From NCBI GenBank assembly GCA_002633005.1, contig NMRA01000124.1, forward strand, positions 451,814-515,813: a stretch of 64,000 nt of DNA, in the 5' to 3' direction. Of this stretch, positions 59,201 to 64,000 are shown in pieces; within the stretch, counting starts at the first letter, position 1, and every line of letters begins with the position of its first letter. This DNA is from Phoronis australis (lineage: Eukaryota; Animalia; Phoronida). A model generated the notes under the pieces. It was not told where the DNA came from. It saw only the letters and a list, made by a program, of their open reading frames with translations, and ran no database searches. A program made the position numbers and the translations under genes.

Positions 59201-62200
59201 TTTGGTTACTGGAGTACAATCAGCGTGTTCTGTATTTGACAGCCATTGTGGATTTAAAATGGCACGTGATTCTTTAAAAAAGTAATTAATTACAGAAATC
59301 ATGCAGTTTCCACGTTTTTTTTTGAATTGATGTTGAAAAATCTATTAGAGTTTATATCTGTTGTATTTTCACACAAGAGTACAAGAAAACCACTATCAAT
59401 CCTACAGTCATTCCTAGATCACAGACGACAGATTCGCAACTCTGATAATTCCTGATGGAATTTCCAGAGGAGGCGTTAGACCCTACTTACTTCTTGCGCT
59501 AATCTTGGCTTCCGGTCAGAATATTTGGATGAGAATTTCTGCTATCTATTTTGCTGCCTTACAGAAAGAAATAAAACTTTTCAGCAACGAAAAGCATTTC
59601 AATGCACATGTCTCCCTTCCATGAAATTCTTGGTGCAGTAAGTATTTTCGGTAATACTTCAGGAGGTGGAATTCCAAAATTTAAACCCTAGCGACAACAA
59701 CCCTGGTCAGCAGACTAACATGTCGAGGTAAAACAGGACAACTCGATAGGCCCCTAGTAAATAATGAGGTGGCTATTGCGGAAGACCAAATATGTTGCGT
59801 ATTGAGGTTGTACAGATAATTACAGAATTTTCGGCCCACGTTCTCTAGTCTATGAGGCATCTGAATACCAGCCTATTAGCCCGTTGTTCTGTGAATGCCC
59901 GGGTGCTAAATACACCGAGCCCTTTAAACCAGGGCCCGCAATCAACAAGCCCTGGGTTTGATGGGCTTTATGCAAGATTTTGAAGCGTTTGGCTCGCTAT
60001 ACTGTTCCTATTCTCGGGTTTTGTACAACTTGTGGAAGAAAGAGCTGGGTACGTGGCTTTCCAAGACCACAACCAGCCAAAACTATTGAGCGCAATAACA
60101 CCCAAGCGGACTCTGAGTCCATTGGAAACCGAATCATTTTACATCTCAGCTCAAACCACCGCACTTATACTCACCAGATAGATCCGCATTTGGCCACCAG
60201 CCTTCCTGGCATGACTGGCATGTCTCTTCGTCTAGAAGTATAGCATTTTCGTTGCACGGATGACACTCCCAACAACAGTGAACCCCACCGGCAATAATTT
60301 TCTGCAAAAATAAAAACAGAGCGATATTAAGCGTTTACCCCATTTGACATAGGGGATGATTCGACCAAATCACCAGAGTCAGAGGCCATCAGTTTTAATT
60401 TATTGTTGAATTTAAAAAAGTGCATTAATCTTTGCCTATCTATAAGCTGCAAAAATATGGGGGTTCCTAAGTCGAAAATCCTTTCAATTTTGCGTCGCCC
60501 CTTTAATTGCGAAGTGCACCAGATTGCTACTCATTTCAAAAAAACTCCTCCTTCCCCAATTTCTTCTATGGTCCTCTGTTGAAAACTTCTGGCTACGTCA
60601 TTGTCCCGTCTTATATGTCCCTTTGAGGATGTTATTCTGCATGGATTATTTTCCGCCAGATGAATGGATTCATTTCTTATATAGTCCTCATTGATACTCG
60701 TCGAACAAAATGAGCATTTTTAATTGCTAAATGTTCTCAATGTAACAAAGGAGTCAAAGGATCGCCGTAATCAGAGCAATTTCAAAATTAATTGAGAGAT
60801 GTATGAATAATTGACAAATGCCATTGACGTTGACAGTAACTTTCCAAGAATTTATAGGTGACTGTAGTCAAGATTGAATTGTTAAATTTGACACGGTTGA
60901 AATGGCAACGTTTCTTAAAATCTGGCAGAAAGAAGTAGTGCAACTGCAATATAACTATGAGGTGTGGCACAATTTAAGCATTTCAATATCAATAGTTACA
61001 TTGGTCTGGATAATTGTGACTGAGCACCGTATAAAAATGAATTCTAGAACTATTCATGAATTGATTGGCACTGTGCAAACATTGGACATATCAGTTTGAT
61101 ATTTTGCGATTAAGTTAAATTTCACTTTTTAAGTGCTTGGTTGCTTTTGAAAAAAGCCAAAAGTACATGTAAGAAAAACAGAACTGTTGCACCATAATGT
61201 GGTGTAAGGTGACAGAATATGAACTATCGAGTCGTCCATAAGTGACAGTGACGTTTTCTAATCAAACGCTTATAACCTGCGAGCGGCCACAATTCAAACA
61301 TTGGTAGCCGATTGATTCAACCAGTTCCGAAGCAATGAGAAAGTGAGGAAGCGACAGTCGGTGGATTTTGCGGACAGAAAACAAATATAATACTATTGTG
61401 AATAAAAGCTTGAGTCTACCACCAGTAAATGAATGGTATCATTTATTTTTTGCGTCTATAAAATGATGTGTGTTAAGTATACATGCCAAACGTTCGCAAA
61501 AATGTGGTCACCACCGAATACTTGCATTTCCGACATCCTTTGGCATCTGGAAAAAGAACCTTAAAATGTGAACCTCGACACTCAACAGGGAATTGTGTGA
61601 AGAAGCCAGTGCCATGATTTTTTTTTCTAAAATATGGGAACACCCTAAGAAATCGTTTTCTCATTACACCCACTGGGTTCCCCTTCACCCCCGTGCTTAC
61701 ATTCACTACTACGACAGAGCTCAGAGGAGACGCCTTTGTGCACTGCTCGATTGTCAGCCAATAAAGCCAGAATTTGAACCCGAATCTCCCAGACGGGAGC
61801 GCAGCACTCAAATCACTGAGTCACAATGTCTCCTCTCCATGCCACGTGTTTGCAAACACTTTCTTGCTGTCTCTACATGTCGCCAAAATGGCTACCTAAG
61901 GCAATACAGATGAATATACATCGTAGAGCTTTGGAGTGACCAACCTTCGTTGCAGCATAACAATTCCATTGTCCTGATTATTCGTTCGAGTTCGAGTTCC
62001 ATTACTTTCCTTGAAACAGTGAAGTAGGTGATATTGACGGGTAACTCCTTTGGTTCTCATCTCTGCTACTTTTTAATGACCTTTGTTGCATAAATGTAGA
62101 CAGAAACGCCGTTTGCGCAATTGCGTGAAATCACTTTCCGAAAAGCATGGTTAGTTGTGTAAAGCAAGAGTCCAGCGAAAGAAGCTAGTATGACCACGTA

Positions 62201-63632
62201 CCTAGTTTGTAGTACATGGCGATATCTGTTGCGTGAACTTGCGTTTTCGCGATGTTCTGGCGTTTATGGAACGCAGGGTGGCAGATCTTTCTATAGTTCA
62301 TCATTTTATGTACGTATGAATGGAACCGTATACGGCGGAACGACCAAATGCAATAACAGCTGATAACATACTAAGATAATGTACCGGAAATATAACAAGA
62401 GCAACACTGGTGCATTGACCGTAAATGAGGTCACAATTAAATCAATGTTACATCTGCAACCAATTTACATGTACCTTGATAGTTCCTCGTTCACACGGTT
62501 GGCTGCACACTGATTCAATCGTAGGTTGTCCCTTGGGCCAGTAAATCTTGGTTTCGCCATCCATTCTAAGTTTGCCACTGTCCCAACGGCCAACACGTTC
62601 GTAATCATAGAAAATTGTATTGTTTCGTCCGATTTTCCTCTGGTAGTTCATTATATCGTATCTGAAATGATTTTACTTTTAATGTATAGTTCGTGTCATG
62701 GGAGGCGCTGCACCGAAATAAGTGGGGAGCTATAGAACGCCCCCCACCCCCGACCCCCTATGGTGCCCCGCCCATGGTTCGTGTCCAAGGCTCAAAATTC
62801 AATTGAAGAGAAACTACTCTAAACTCTACGAAACTGTAGAACTAACTAATTTCAAGACAGCAAATTATATTTGAACCTCATCCAATTTTCACAAAATTCG
62901 CGGAGCAACATTACCTAAATCGTTAGTCCTTCATTGAAAAATGGCAAACAGCGGATAAGCCGTCAAACTGAGTTGACATCGTCATAGATATCATTTAAAG
63001 CCCTTGTGCACTCTCCTATACCACAAAAAATAATATTTGAAGTACTTTATTAACCACTTGTTTCTCACTTGGTTGATTTACCTCAAACTCAAAACCTTGG
63101 CATTTTTTGTAAATAATATGCAATCAACATGTCCACAATGAATCTTCACAAAACCAAACCTTGTGAGGAATGATTCCGAGCTGTCAACATCACTTCCGGA
63201 GTGACGCGTACATAATTAATTAAAAGCCGGTAGATTAACTAACATGAATATTTCTTAACGATAACTAGAAAATCGTATTGAGCAAAAACAGCACTACTGA
63301 AAAACGTTGTCCTCCCCTTTAAGCGTGCAAAGAACTGAGAATGTTCTACACATGATTATAAGAAAATATAGTGGAACACGCGTACCTGCCTGGTGGGTCA
63401 CCATTTTTATTGAACATCAGGCTGTCGTTGCTATACGTCATGAAAGAGACGTTGAAAAGGTACTGCAGAAATAACGACCCATTCACTGGGCTCATTGCGT
63501 CGCAGATTCCCACGTGACCTTTGCAGAGGTCCTGCTGCATGTTGTGTAGTGCGTACGCCATCGTATAAATGGCGTTTATAACGAATCCAAGCTTGCCATC
63601 TTGCTTGTAATCGTCGCGATCTAATATTTTTC
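52276..63632 (-). CDS. GRM1/5: Group I metabotropic glutamate receptor, copy B (5' part outside window); join of 63632-63386, 62661-62475, 60301-60175, 59115-58224, 53296-52276
   Basis: Exon-for-exon paralogue of copy A with an intact frame. TKTNRISRILSGSKKKILTRKPRFMSASAQ, FTMYTTC and RSAFTTS closely match vertebrate mGluR1/5. Confidence 0.93.
55410..55658 (-). pseudogene. Decayed Cys-rich KolX / P2X7-ballast-like ORF of the outer element
   Basis: WCQ*ANCTIMETTDTCVCIHKIPQV...CLKDHPGVVPHLNRSVL, resembling the WCxCxxCxxMxT..CxC..I...C..HPG...L...VL pattern. Confidence 0.5.
56205..56243 (+). promoter_or_regulatory. ETS-CRE composite (CCGGAAGTGACGT) and E2F-type site (TTTCGCGCCAA) in the transposon arm; mirrored at 57196-57234
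   Basis: Both motifs are identical in the two arms and lie ~105-145 nt upstream of the THAP ATG; function is inferred. Confidence 0.5.
56400..57088 (-). pseudogene. Frameshifted 5' part of a THAP-domain (Kolobok-type) transposase
   Basis: MPRCCCVPGC...FPKDDTLRRTW / YRVCGKHF..DY / AELM...LKKGTIP* gives a THAP C2CH domain. Then YRPS...EEDSSS...KFIV / LFGRCQVC...ECVAGHSGKWDSS, a Zn-binding segment. No DDE domain is present. Confidence 0.8.
58224..59115 (-). CDS. GRM1/5: mGluR copy B 7TM exon
   Basis: ORF 58220-59128; 892 nt as in copy A. Confidence 0.95.
60175..60301 (-). CDS. GRM1/5: mGluR copy B cysteine-rich-domain exon
   Basis: ttttgcag|KIIAGGVHCCWECHPCNENAILLDEETCQSCQEGWWPNADLS|gtgagt. 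Confidence 0.88.
62475..62661 (-). CDS. GRM1/5: mGluR copy B exon homologous to copy A exon 5
   Basis: RYDIMNYQR...SVCSQPCERGTIK|gtacat. Confidence 0.88.
63386..63632 (-). CDS. GRM1/5: mGluR copy B exon homologous to copy A exon 4
   Basis: KILDRDDYKQDGKLG...NGDPPGR|gtacgc. Confidence 0.9.
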
Positions 63633-63954
63633 CTGCAAATGAACATTTCTGAAAGTAAAACTTATATACAACGGTTTTGATATCGACTAAAAAAGGCTTC
63701 GGCAAACTTCAAACCTAGTGTTGTTTTTCAAATTTTGATATTTTGTTTTTGGCATATAAAATATTTTAAGTATGCAAATTACTTTTTCCGTTACAACAAC
63801 TCAAACAGTACTTCTAACAAATTATGAAATTTAAACGAGTAACTAAAACGTCACCACTAATTAGCATCTTTAACTTGTTTGCATTATTCAATCAGTACTT
63901 TAATTATTTCTCCCCACAACTGATGTAAAATACAAATGATGGATCTTTTTGCTA

Positions 63955-64000
63955 CCGGGATTTTCCGTAGATAAGCCCATGAGCGTTTTAGTAACACCAA
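63955..64000. mobile_element. Left end of another copy of the 47226 MITE family
   Basis: ta|ccgggattttccgtagataagccca, identical TIR. Confidence 0.75.

Larger units (their letters stand above)
46570..63660 (+). repeat. Tandem segmental duplication; homologous to about 1870-19020
   Basis: Collinear blocks: 1870-2340/46570-47110, 4020-4790/47810-48290, 5560-6095/48310-48856, 7440-8245/53300-54372, 11000-12230/59120-60350, 13600-14970/61220-62420, 17795-19020/62420-63656. Confidence 0.9.

Overview
Eukaryotic (animal) genomic DNA with spliceosomal introns, many transposon relics and one assembly gap. It is probably from a marine invertebrate, but the taxon cannot be determined from the sequence. 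All host genes are on the minus strand. (1) The first two coding exons of a receptor guanylyl cyclase / ANP-receptor-like gene run off the left edge. (2) A complete 8-coding-exon group I metabotropic glutamate receptor gene (copy A, 26348->6534, 1183 aa) is missed as a unit by the ORF track. (3) The 3' five coding exons of a tandem paralogue (copy B, 63632->52276) lie about 45 kb away. The duplication includes introns and 3' flank, so the two copies act as filled and empty sites for each other's insertions. The most striking structure is in the last intron of copy B. A TTAA-flanked Kolobok-like element (54969-58151) carries a decayed Cys-rich KolX/P2X7-ballast-like ORF. Nested in it is a second TTAA-flanked element (56085-57354) whose ~310-bp inverted arms are two copies of the transposase 5' end, each with ETS-CRE and E2F motifs and the first 14 codons of a THAP ORF pointing inward. 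All exon calls and alignments were made by eye; no database searches were run.
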